The translations under genes were made by a program, and so were the position numbers. The notes under the pieces were generated by a model. It had not been told where the DNA came from. It did no database searches and saw only the letters and a list, made by a program, of their open reading frames with translations. A stretch of 63,804 nt of DNA, counting the filler, from Dimorphilus gyrociliatus (lineage: Eukaryota; Animalia; Annelida), in NCBI GenBank assembly GCA_904063045.1. It is 4 parts of 4 records of this genome, joined end to end, with 100 filler letters (N's around TTAATTAATTAA, not from the genome) between each part and the next. Parts side by side here need not be neighbours in the genome. Positions count along the whole stretch, not along the records: positions 1 to 20,836 come from CAJFCJ010000046.1; positions 20,937 to 42,574 come from CAJFCJ010000124.1; 2 more parts are not named here. One strand, 5' to 3'. Positions within the stretch are counted from its first letter, which is position 1. Every line of letters starts with the position of its first letter. Positions 12,920-23,544 of this stretch are shown piece by piece.

Positions 12920-15199
12920 ATGATTTTAAACTTATGTAAGAATTTAGAAATTAATAAAACTGTTGAATTGCATTTAAATAAAGGCTTTGGTTTTGCATGG
13001 AATTTCACACACAAACAATGGATTTTACTAATGATACAAGGTACACTAGACTATTCAGTAAAATGGATGTCAATTTTTAAAAAAGGAGGTGCACCTTTGT
13101 TTAGAAACTCAGGTCTTAACAGAAAACTGAAAATAACAGATAAACCAAAAAAGGACCTGACTAAACTCATTGAAGACTTGGAAAATTTCTTTGTATCTGA
13201 TATTCCTGAAATCAAATATATGGCACATGATACAATCCATACAATACATAGGATCATCAAAACAAAAACCAGACCTCTACATGATAACAAAGGTGTGACA
13301 GTTATCAAAGACTTCATACAAAAAACACCAGAAATAATTATTAAACCAGCGGACAAAGGCAATAGAATGGTTATAATGTCCAAGGAGGATTATGTTTATG
13401 AGGCAATGGTACAACTGACAGATACAAACACATATAAGATTGTACAAAACAGACCCAGCAAAGAACAATGGGAATATATTAATACTCTCTTAACTAAACT
13501 AAAAGAGGGAGGTCATATCAATAACTCCACAATGACACTACTAAAACCAGAAAACAATGATGGCAATAGAAAATTCTATCTTTTACCCAAAATTCACAAA
13601 CCTACTGAGTCCTGGAGAATACCTAATGTTATCCCAAAAGGTCGGCCTGTAGTGAGCTACTGTGGCTCTGACCTCTATATGATTAGTAAATTCATTGACT
13701 TCCACCTCCAACATCTGGCAAAACTGACCTCAACATACATAAAAAATACAGAACACCTCATTGAGAAAATAAAGGTCATCAAGAATTGGAATAACAGAAT
13801 TATTCTAACAGCAGATGTGGAAGCACTATACCCTAGCATAGACCCAATATGGGGGATACAAGCTGTTAGAAAGTTCATGCAGGAACACAAAGAAACTAAC
13901 AGACCTGATGCAATAATATTAGACCTCTTATGGATATGCCTGAACAATAATGACTTTACCTTTGGTAACACAAGATTCCTACAAATAAAGGGAACAGCTA
14001 TGGGTGCACCTTTTAGCCCCTCGTATGCCAATATTGTACTCAACACATGGGAACAACCAATCATAAATAAATATAAAAATGACCTCATCTATTTTGGCAG
14101 GTACATTGATGACATAATTATAATTTCAGAGGTCAATACTGACCTCACCAACCTTAAAGAAGAATTAAACACAAAAAACAACAATATTAAACTACAATGG
14201 TCTTCCAACCCCAAAGAAGTTGAATTTCTGGATCTTAAAATTATGCTACATGGTGACACTATACAATGGCACACTTTTTTTAAGGAAACAGATTCAAGGA
14301 AACTAATCCCAACCAACAGCAACCACCCAAAACACACCTTCACAGGCACACTTCTGAGCCAACTTATCAGGTATGACAGAAATTGTAGCCTAGAAGCTGT
14401 GGCCATACAACAATTTAAAGACTTAATCAAAATCAACAAAGAAGGTGGATACACTAAAACAATGGAAAGGAATGTTATCAGAAAATGGAAGACTAAAAAA
14501 GTTAATTACAACAAGGAAACTTACACAATTAATAAATGTAACTCTACCAAATGTGACACCTGCAAAAGGTTAGAACAAACACCTAAAGTATTTGATAGAA
14601 TGAAGGTCAACTACATCGATCTGAGAGGGACATACTCATGTAACTCAAAAGGAGTCATTTACATCTTACAATGCTCACTTTGCAATATGTTATATGTAGG
14701 TATGACTACAGATAGTATCAAAAGCAGATGGGGTACCCATAACCTGGCATTTAGGAATAAAGTCAACAGACCTGTATATTTGCATATGAATGAACATAAC
14801 ATAAAAAAATTTAGGATTTACATCGCTAGACAAATACCCAATAGCATAAAAGAGAATAATATAACAACATGGCTAATGAGAGAGGAATGCACAATAATTA
14901 ACAAACTGGATACAATTTACCCCAGAGGCCTTAACAGACATGAAGGTTTTACTTGTAGAGAAAAAACACCTCTTATTCTTCCTCAACAACAAACCACACA
15001 GGAATGGGCCTGGAACATTAAACAAAACATTACATCAAATGCCCTGGAAAATCACACACTGGAAATGTATAAGACAATAACAGCCTATAAAATAGCTAAC
15101 ACCTCAAGAAAATTACTTGTCAATAAAGAAGTGGATGAGATTATGGAAGCCTATGTTCAAAAATATCTAAAAACCATTCAAAACACAGAAACTAAATAA
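12920..15199 (+). CDS. PLE ORF2: reverse transcriptase + C-terminal GIY-YIG endonuclease, 759 aa (only fully intact copy)
   Basis: PLE N-terminal NL..L.KGF.F motif, IKPADKG, FYLLPKIHK, GRPVVS, TADVEALYPSI, GTAMGAPFSPSYANI, RYIDDI, FLDL, thumb SQLIRYDRNCS. Then CxxxxCxxC, VIYILQCSLCNMLYVG (GIY-YIG), R..TH, YLH and RE..I..L.T..P.GLN. Confidence 0.95.
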   Translation: MILNLCKNLEINKTVELHLNKGFGFAWNFTHKQWILLMIQGTLDYSVKWMSIFKKGGAPLFRNSGLNRKLKITDKPKKDLTKLIEDLENFFVSDIPEIKYMAHDTIHTIHRIIKTKTRPLHDNKGVTVIKDFIQKTPEIIIKPADKGNRMVIMSKEDYVYEAMVQLTDTNTYKIVQNRPSKEQWEYINTLLTKLKEGGHINNSTMTLLKPENNDGNRKFYLLPKIHKPTESWRIPNVIPKGRPVVSYCGSDLYMISKFIDFHLQHLAKLTSTYIKNTEHLIEKIKVIKNWNNRIILTADVEALYPSIDPIWGIQAVRKFMQEHKETNRPDAIILDLLWICLNNNDFTFGNTRFLQIKGTAMGAPFSPSYANIVLNTWEQPIINKYKNDLIYFGRYIDDIIIISEVNTDLTNLKEELNTKNNNIKLQWSSNPKEVEFLDLKIMLHGDTIQWHTFFKETDSRKLIPTNSNHPKHTFTGTLLSQLIRYDRNCSLEAVAIQQFKDLIKINKEGGYTKTMERNVIRKWKTKKVNYNKETYTINKCNSTKCDTCKRLEQTPKVFDRMKVNYIDLRGTYSCNSKGVIYILQCSLCNMLYVGMTTDSIKSRWGTHNLAFRNKVNRPVYLHMNEHNIKKFRIYIARQIPNSIKENNITTWLMREECTIINKLDTIYPRGLNRHEGFTCREKTPLILPQQQTTQEWAWNIKQNITSNALENHTLEMYKTITAYKIANTSRKLLVNKEVDEIMEAYVQKYLKTIQNTETK

Positions 15200-15372
15200 A
15201 CACCTTTCATAACAGAAGAAGGTTAAACATAACCTTTGGTTCAAGGGAAAGGTTAGAAACATAATAGTATGTTGCAGAAGACAAATAAGGACCTACTAGA
15301 ACCAAAGCAGAAAACAACAAAGACATAAAAATAGAAAATAAATATGGTGATTGTCTTTTAAGAAAAGTTGAG

Positions 15373-15879
15373 GTGAGTGTAAACAACCTAAACATTAACC
15401 TTACAGAAAATCTTGAGGTTGACCTACCCAACCTGTATGATGGTGGCCCTCACTACTCCATCTTAACAAACACCACCAATAAAGTTATTATGATTGATGA
15501 GAGGATGGTAAATGACCTTAGAATGCAGGTTATCCAACAACAAAAGGAGATTGAAAATCAGAGGAAAATCATTGAGCAACAAAGAGAGGAAATGGGAAAA
15601 CTAAAACTAAACAACAACATATTCACTTGGAATATAAAAGAAGCAGGTACACTTGTCTTCACACCCAACTCTCAAACACAGAGAAATAACAACATCACCC
15701 TAGTAAATCAGAACAACTCAGAGGATACTACTGATACCAGTGATGAAGAAGTGGAATTTATGCAAATGCATAGTCCCAAGACCTTCCAACCTACAAAAAG
15801 AACATCTGACTTTAACCTTTTTGAGAATGAAGAGGTCAGCCCACCTAAAAAACATTCACTAAAAACCAATAGTAACTAA
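15373..15879 (+). CDS. PLE ORF3: coiled-coil + acidic/Ser-Thr-rich protein; 168 aa from GTG or 129 aa from the first ATG (15490). Also at 1365-1871, 6082-6588, 10645-11151, 20097-20603
   Basis: Frame open from 15289 to 15879. Q/E-rich heptads (QQQKEIENQRKIIEQQREEMGKL), SEDTTDTSDEE patch, SPPKK. The copies are identical, so they give no independent evidence of selection. Confidence 0.55.
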   Translation: MSVNNLNINLTENLEVDLPNLYDGGPHYSILTNTTNKVIMIDERMVNDLRMQVIQQQKEIENQRKIIEQQREEMGKLKLNNNIFTWNIKEAGTLVFTPNSQTQRNNNITLVNQNNSEDTTDTSDEEVEFMQMHSPKTFQPTKRTSDFNLFENEEVSPPKKHSLKTNSN

Positions 15880-16139
15880 CCTATGTTCTTTATGAAGGTG
15901 TCTATGAAAAATAATAAAACTTACCCAAAAAAATAATCAAAGTTCTATTGTATAACCCTCATTACTATACCTTACTATAAACATAGAGGGCAGCACATAT
16001 ATAATAATAATACATGTACAGTCCTATTTGTTGGTGTGTGTGTATATATTGTAAAGATGGCGCCACTACAATATAGAGGGCACCACCTATGTAATGTAAA
16101 ACATATAAAAGCCATAACAATTCAACAAACTCCCATTAT

Positions 16140-16179
16140 ATTACCTGATGAAGACCAGTGATGGTCGAAACGTTGTAAT
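16140..16179 (+). ncRNA. Minimal type I hammerhead ribozyme, copy 4
   Basis: Identical to 2129-2168. Confidence 0.85.
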
Positions 16180-16829
16180 TTTATTAAAATAAACTTTTAA
16201 TTGAAAATAATACATGTGACTTCAGTTAATTATTATAAAGGAACAAAGGATCTACTTGACAGTCTCCTAATCTATCATAGATATCAAACACTATAATTAG
16301 TGTACAAATAAGGAAAGGTCAAAAGTAACCTCTTATTAAAAGGAAAGGTGTAAACTCACCTCACCCAAAGGAGATAGGTCAAATTCACATATTCTCAATT
16401 GTAGACTTGCTCCTAACCCTTGAAAGAAGACCCCACCTACCAAAGATACTAAACTAAACTCATAAGTTAGACAAGGATAGACTGGAACTAACCCTCCCCC
16501 AACAAGAAAGATAAGGAAAGGTTAAAAGTAACCTCTTATTAAAAGGAAAGGGGTAAACTCACCTCACCCAAAGGGGACAGGTCCATTTCATATTATATAC
16601 TTGCTCCTAACCCTTGAAAGAATACCCCACCTACTAAAGACACTAAAACCAAAATCATAAGTTAGACAAAAGGAAAAACTGGAACTCACCTTCCCCCAAC
16701 AAGACAGGTCAAACAGTTCCTACAAAATACAATCATCAAAATCTGATCCAGGAGTGTTTTGTGAGTGGCCCCAATCCTAACCAAACCTAAACCCTAACCT
16801 GCCCAGGACAGACATTCAAGATCAGTAAG

Positions 16830-17609
16830 ATGAATAGTGGATACCAATTAAGAAAAAGGAGATATAATAATCAAGACAATGGGAATCTTTATAATAAAAG
16901 AAAATACACACACCAGAATAGATCCAAAGCTATAAATGAGACTTCAGAGACAGAACAACCCAATCCAAGGTTTAAAGGTCAACTTTCTGATATTGAGAAA
17001 GGTTTAACAAAAACCATTACCAGTACTTTTAACCTAACACACCATTTAAATAATTTACAAGCTAATAACCCATGGATTACTAGAGCAATGGATATTATTG
17101 ACAACATACATATTACTGGTGGACCCATAACAGGTGATAGACAACTTAGATTACAAGAAATTACAAATAAATGGGCCCAAGAAATTAACAAAGAAGTCAT
17201 TAATGAAACTTCTGACAGGTTAGCAGAGGTCAAATCAAAAATACAGGAACAAATGGGAAAGTTTGAACAAGCGGACCTCAACAAAGCAATGGAGGTTGCT
17301 AACACAAGAACTTACCAAAAATATGGTCTCAAAACAAATTGGATGGCTATGAAGGAGGAAGCTGAAGATATCACCAAGAAATTAAAACTTAAATTTACTG
17401 ATGATTTGAGATTGAAATTCATAAGAAGAATACAGGATGCCAACAAAACTGACCTTCCTACAATGGAAAAGGTCAAACATAAAAAGGATAGACAGAAAAA
17501 GGTTGACCACAACCAACAAAGAAAAACAGAACTTACAGTAATGGCCAAGAAAATTGATGCTCTTATAGATCTTATGAAGGAGGCTATGACACCTATTCCA
17601 AAAAACTAA
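16830..17609 (+). CDS. PLE ORF1, second intact copy
   Basis: Identical translation to 12102-12881. Confidence 0.75.
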   Translation: MNSGYQLRKRRYNNQDNGNLYNKRKYTHQNRSKAINETSETEQPNPRFKGQLSDIEKGLTKTITSTFNLTHHLNNLQANNPWITRAMDIIDNIHITGGPITGDRQLRLQEITNKWAQEINKEVINETSDRLAEVKSKIQEQMGKFEQADLNKAMEVANTRTYQKYGLKTNWMAMKEEAEDITKKLKLKFTDDLRLKFIRRIQDANKTDLPTMEKVKHKKDRQKKVDHNQQRKTELTVMAKKIDALIDLMKEAMTPIPKN

Positions 17610-17647
17610 CCTCTCAAAATGTTCAAAAGAATAATAAGCATAACACA

Positions 17648-19924
17648 ATGATTTTAAACTTATGTAAGAATTTAGAAATTAATAAAACTGTTGAATTGCA
17701 TTTAAATAAAGGCTTTGGTTTTGCATGGAATTTCACACACAAACAATGGATTTTACTAATGATACAAGGTACACTAGACTATTCAGTAAAATGGATGTCA
17801 ATTTTTAAAAAAGGAGGTGCACCTTTGTTTAGAAACTCAGGTCTTAACAGAAAACTGAAAATAACAGATAAACCAAAAAAGGACCTGACTAAACTCATTG
17901 AAGACTTGGAAAATTTCTTTGTATCTGATATTCCTGAAATCAAATATATGGCACATGATACAATCCATACAATACATAGGATCATCAAAACAAAAACCAG
18001 ACCTCTACATGATAACAAAGGTGTGACAGTTATCAAAGACTTCATACAAAAAACACCAGAAATAATTATTAAACCAGCGGACAAAGGCAATAGAATGGTT
18101 ATAATGTCCAAGGAGGATTATGTTTATGAGGCAATGGTACAACTGACAGATACAAACACATATAAGATTGTACAAAACAGACCCAGCAAAGAACAATGGG
18201 AATATATTAATACTCTCTTAACTAAACTAAAAGAGGGAGGTCATATCAATAACTCCACAATGACACTACTAAAACCAGAAAACAATGATGGCAATAGAAA
18301 ATTCTATCTTTTACCCAAAATTCACAAACCTACTGAGTCCTGGAGAATACCTAATGTTATCCCAAAAGGTCGGCCTGTAGTGAGCTACTGTGGCTCTGAC
18401 CTCTATATGATTAGTAAATTCATTGACTTCCACCTCCAACATCTGGCAAAACTGACCTCAACATACATAAAAAATACAGAACACCTCATTGAGAAAATAA
18501 AGGTCATCAAGAATTGGAATAACAGAATTATTCTAACAGCAGATGTGGAAGCACTATACCCTAGCATAGACCCAATATGGGGGATACAAGCTGTTAGAAA
18601 GTTCATGCAGGAACACAAAGAAACTAACAGACCTGATGCAATAATATTAGACCTCTTATGGATATGCCTGAACAATAATGACTTTACCTTTGGTAACACA
18701 AGATTCCTACAAATAAAGGGAACAGCTATGGGTGCACCTTTTAGCCCCTCGTATGCCAATATTGTACTCAACACATGGGAACAACCAATCATAAATAAAT
18801 ATAAAAATGACCTCATCTATTTTGGCAGGTACATTGATGACATAATTATAATTTCAGAGGTCAATACTGACCTCACCAACCTTAAAGAAGAATTAAACAC
18901 AAAAAACAACAATATTAAACTACAATGGTCTTCCAACCCCAAAGAAGTTGAATTTCTGGATCTTAAAATTATGCTACATGGTGACACTATACAATGGCAC
19001 ACTTTTTTTAAGGAAACAGATTCAAGGAAACTAATCCCAACCAACAGCAACCACCCAAAACACACCTTCACAGGCACACTTCTGAGCCAACTTATCAGGT
19101 ATGACAGAAATTGTAGCCTAGAAGCTGTGGCCATACAACAATTTAAAGACTTAATCAAAATCAACAAAGAAGGTGGATACACTAAAACAATGGAAAGGAA
19201 TGTTATCAGAAAATGGAAGACTAAAAAAGTTAATTACAACAAGGAAACTTACACAATTAATAAATGTAACTCTACCAAATGTGACACCTGCAAAAGGTTA
19301 GAACAAACACCTAAAGTATTTGATAGAATGAAGGTCAACTACATCGATCTGAGAGGGACATACTCATGTAACTCAAAAGGAGTCATTTACATCTTACAAT
19401 GCTCACTTTGCAATATGTTATATGTAGGTATGACTACAGATAGTATCAAAAGCAGATGGGGTACCCATAACCTGGCATTTAGGAATAAAGTCAACAGACC
19501 TGTATATTTGCATATGAATGAACATAACATAAAAAAATTTAGGATTTACATCGCTAGACAAATACCCAATAGCATAAAAGAGAATAATATAACAAATGGC
19601 TAATGAGAGGAATGCACAATAATTAACAAACTGGATACAATTTACCCCAGAGGCCTTAACAGACATGAAGGTTTACTTGTAGAGAAAAGAACACCTCTTA
19701 TTCTTCCTCAACAACAAACCACACAGGAATGGGCCTGGAACATTAAACAAAACATTACATCAAATGCCCTGGAAAATCACACACTGGAAATGTATAAGAC
19801 AATAACAGCCTATAAAATAGCTAACACCTCAAGAAAATTACTTGTCAATAAAGAAGTGGATGAGATTATGGAAGCCTATGTTCAAAAATATCTAAAAACC
19901 ATTCAAAACACAGAAACTAAATAA
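17648..19924 (+). CDS. PLE ORF2 copy with indels from ~19596 onward
   Basis: 651 aa identical to the intact ORF2 up to ITT/ITN, then small indels near the contig end. Confidence 0.85.
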
Positions 19925-20836
19925 ACACCTTTCATAACAGAAGAAGGTTAAACATAACCTTTGTTCAAGGGAAAGGTTAGAAACATAATAGTATGTTGCA
20001 GAAGACAAATAAGGACCTACTAGAACCAAAGCAGAAAACAACAAAGACATAAAAATAGAAAATAAATATGGTGATTGTCTTTTAAGAAAAGTTGAGGTGA
20101 GTGTAAACAACCTAAACATTAACCTTACAGAAAATCTTGAGGTTGACCTACCCAACCTGTATGATGGTGGCCCTCACTACTCCATCTTAACAAACACCAC
20201 CAATAAAGTTATTATGATTGATGAGAGGATGGTAAATGACCTTAGAATGCAGGTTATCCAACAACAAAAGGAGATTGAAAATCAGAGGAAAATCATTGAG
20301 CAACAAAGAGAGGAAATGGGAAAACTAAAACTAAACAACAACATATTCACTTGGAATATAAAAGAAGCAGGTACACTTGTCTTCACACCCAACTCTCAAA
20401 CACAGAGAAATAACAACATCACCCTAGTAAATCAGAACAACTCAGAGGATACTACTGATACCAGTGATGAAGAAGTGGAATTTATGCAAATGCATAGTCC
20501 CAAGACCTTCCAACCTACAAAAAGAACATCTGACTTTAACCTTTTTGAGAATGAAGAGGTCAGCCCACCTAAAAAACATTCACTAAAAACCAATAGTAAC
20601 TAACCTATGTTCTTTATGAAGGTGTCTATGAAAAATAATAAAACTTACCCAAAAAAATAATCAAAGTTCTATTGTATAACCCTCATTACTATACCTTACT
20701 ATAAACATAGAGGCAGCACATATATAATAATAATACATGTACAGTCCTATTTGTTGTGTGTGTGTATATATTGTAAAGATGGCGCCACTACAATATAGAG
20801 GGCACCACCTATGTAATGTAAAACATATAAAAGCCA

Positions 20837-20936
20837 NNNNNNNNNNNNNNNNNNNNNNNNNNNNNNNNNNNNNNNNNNNNTTAATTAATTAANNNNNNNN
20901 NNNNNNNNNNNNNNNNNNNNNNNNNNNNNNNNNNNN
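20837..20936. other. Artificial contig-joining spacer
   Basis: 44 N + TTAATTAATTAA (stops in all six frames) + 44 N. Confidence 0.97.
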
Positions 20937-22772
20937 TTGCTCAACTTGAAATCATCCCACAAATTAAAAATTTTCTTTTGGATGTCAACATATTTTTTCT
21001 TTTGATATTTGAAAACTCTTTTCTCTGACAATGATTTATCATAAACTGCAATAAATTCAGCCTCTTTCTTTAGTTCATCAACCAGCATGTAAAAAGATCC
21101 TTTAGCAGATAGCTTACTGTTCATTCTTTGATGCCATCCCTCACAGTCATTATTGGTTCTAATGGATAAATCAAAAACTGACCAATTATTTACTTTCCAT
21201 AGTTTGTTTTCCATCCAGTGTGTTTTGAAGTATTCCAAGAGATCTAAAAACTTATTTTTTTCAAATAGCTCTGTCTTTATGCTGTCAAAAGTTGGTTGAA
21301 TAATATGTGGTGGCAAAAAAGGGAGTGCCATCAATTTTCTGAAATCTTTCCAATCATCTCCTTTTTCCTTATATTTCTTCACATAGCCAAGAGCCTTTTT
21401 AATAATTCAAGTTATTCAATATACAATGTGTTTTAGATAAAAATAACTTACCTGTATTTTTCTATAAACTGCTTGTGTGAAATGAAACACACAACCTTGA
21501 AATTCAGTCATGGGGTATATTTTTATTAATGCTTTCCATAGTCCTTTTTCAAAATCCATTGTAACTCTTTTGGGATGTTCATCATTTATCAGATTGTTGA
21601 TTATGCTGCAAGCAAAATTATATTTCATCATTATTCTTGTACAGAAAAAAAAATTATTCACCTGAAATGCTTGGATATATGCTTTGGTATGCTTTGATGT
21701 TAAGAAAATGAAAACAAGAGGGACTTGCTTCATATCACCACTCTTTTTTACAAAGGAATGAACAGTGACAAGCTGATAAAATGGATCCTTAACAATTTTG
21801 AAAGTACCATCAATATACCAGTAGTTGGATTTGGATAATAAGTTCAGCTGATGGTTTGTTGCAAAAATTAAGATTCTTTCTCCATTTTCACAAATGTCTT
21901 TCTGGAGAAATTCATCAGGTAAAAAAATTGTGTTCAAGTTGAAATTATACACTTTTGGTTCAACTGGCCTGAATTTTTGTCTGTTTGAGTTTGCCAATCT
22001 TTCTAAGTAATTGATATCAGGAAGACATTTAGCATTAGGTTCATATGATAATAGAACTTTTTCAGCAATGCTTCTTCCAGATGCTTTGTTATCACTTTTG
22101 CAAATAGTTTTTACATCAGTTTTTACTTTAACATCTACTTCCAAATTAGGTTTTCTGTTGTGATTATGTTCCAGATTGCCTTTAATAAATATACTTCCAT
22201 TTTGTCTTATTCTAGCTACACATCTTTTTTTCTTACTTCTCACACTGCATACCCAAATTGTTGTTGTAAGTGTTTTATGTTTAACAACAAAAGAATATCC
22301 GTCATTCAATAAAATGTCATGTCCTTTTCTGCTTCCTCCTTGTACAATCTCAAAATCATTCCTCCTGATTGAGTCATTTTCATCTTCTGTATTTTCATCA
22401 GTTCCTTCTACATCCATTGATTGGTTTTCTGATTGCCAAGGACTTTCATAATCCAATGTTGAATCTTTAACCTCAGCAGGATCACTTCTGTTATCATTGA
22501 AGTCCTTCTTATTACTTTCTTTGTATTGATCAATTTCCAGATTTGTTAACTTCTTAAGGCTAGCAGTACATTTTCTTTTGTTACATCTTGTGCAAACAGG
22601 TATGCTAGGTGTTTCTGTGTCAATGTGTTAAGAAAAGATAGTTGCCTAAATCATAATTGAAAACTGATGTACCTGAACATTTTCTATGGATAAGATTCTC
22701 ACAAAGGCAGCATTTCAAATATTTTTGCCTTCCATAAATTTTTGAATCACAATTGTTGCATTTTGAAGCCAT
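20937..22772 (-). mobile_element. Intron-containing Mutator-like (MULE) transposase gene: PHD finger + FLYWCH + MULE DDE; 3' end cut by the contig edge
   Basis: Exon 22772-22673 (MASKCNNC..CCLC..IHRKCS), intron 22672-22615, then CTRC completes C4HC3. FLYWCH-like GY.F..K..WVC...C...HNH, YIDGTF, MDFE, GCVFHF. Intron 21451-21395, then ALPFLP and RTNNDCEGWH. The splice around 21606-21661 does not resolve cleanly in frame. Confidence 0.85.
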
Positions 22773-23154
22773 GTTGTTTCAACAGAACAAATTCACTTGA
22801 TTATTAAAAAATCACTGTCCTTTCCAAATATTCAAAATGGCTGAAATTTTGTTTATAGCAAATATTGAAATAATTTGTTATTAAAGAAAATATATTAAAT
22901 TGTAATATTTTGCACCAAAAATCTAGTTAAAAAGCTTTAAATATTTACCTGTTCAAAATCTACAAAGAAGCACTTTGTCCAAATTTATTCAGGAAATACA
23001 GCTTACCTTTGGAAGTATATGCTGTCCAAAGTGAAAGTTTATTTCAACCACCTTCACTATAGAACTTCCTGCCATTTCACTTTTCAACAAATATATATAT
23101 ATATATATATATCATTTTCATTTGCTTATATTTGTGGTCGAACTTGAGATTCTG

Positions 23155-23544
23155 TTTGAACCAGTACTTTTGTATGATATTAGATTAGTGGTACAGTCGG
23201 CTACAGTTGAGACGAGAACAAAATAAACAGCAATATTCTCTTTGTCCATTTGAAAAATACCCATTTTTTTATGTTTTAGAAGTCACATCAAAAAATATAC
23301 TCTGAAGTGTTTTACTTTTATCATCTAGAACAAGTAATTTAAAGTGTGGATCACTATTTCCTCCAGGTCCATCAACAATTTGAACTAGTTCAATTTGGGT
23401 AATATGATTTCCTCCATCAGTTTAACAGTTGTTAGCTTGATGTATCAGAAATGTAATCAAATTTTATTGTTCTCGTATCAACAAAATCGTAATTTTGAAA
23501 TTGTATTGCTCATTTAATAATACACACCAAAGTACTGGTCCAAA
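23155..23544. repeat. MITE-like inverted-repeat element
   Basis: tttgaaccagtacttt (23155) pairs with aaagtactggtccaaa (23529-23544). Inner pair ttgagacgagaacaaaataaa / ttttattgttctcgtatcaac. A related terminus occurs at ~54067. Confidence 0.55.

Larger units (their letters stand above)
1..20836 (+). mobile_element. Head-to-tail tandem array of a ~4.73-kb Penelope-like (EN+, Neptune-like) retroelement, ~4.4 copies filling the whole contig
   Basis: The same ORF set recurs; hammerhead CTGATGA landmarks at 2134, 6853, 11417, 16145 give spacings of 4719, 4564 (unit with an N-marked gap) and 4728 bp. RT and GIY-YIG motifs are in ORF2. Both contig ends lie inside units. Confidence 0.95.

Noticed and set aside
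13051-15431. Minus-strand ORFs (63-137 aa) repeated in every PLE unit
   Set aside because: Shadow frames of an A-rich coding strand, with no motifs. They recur only because the unit is repeated.
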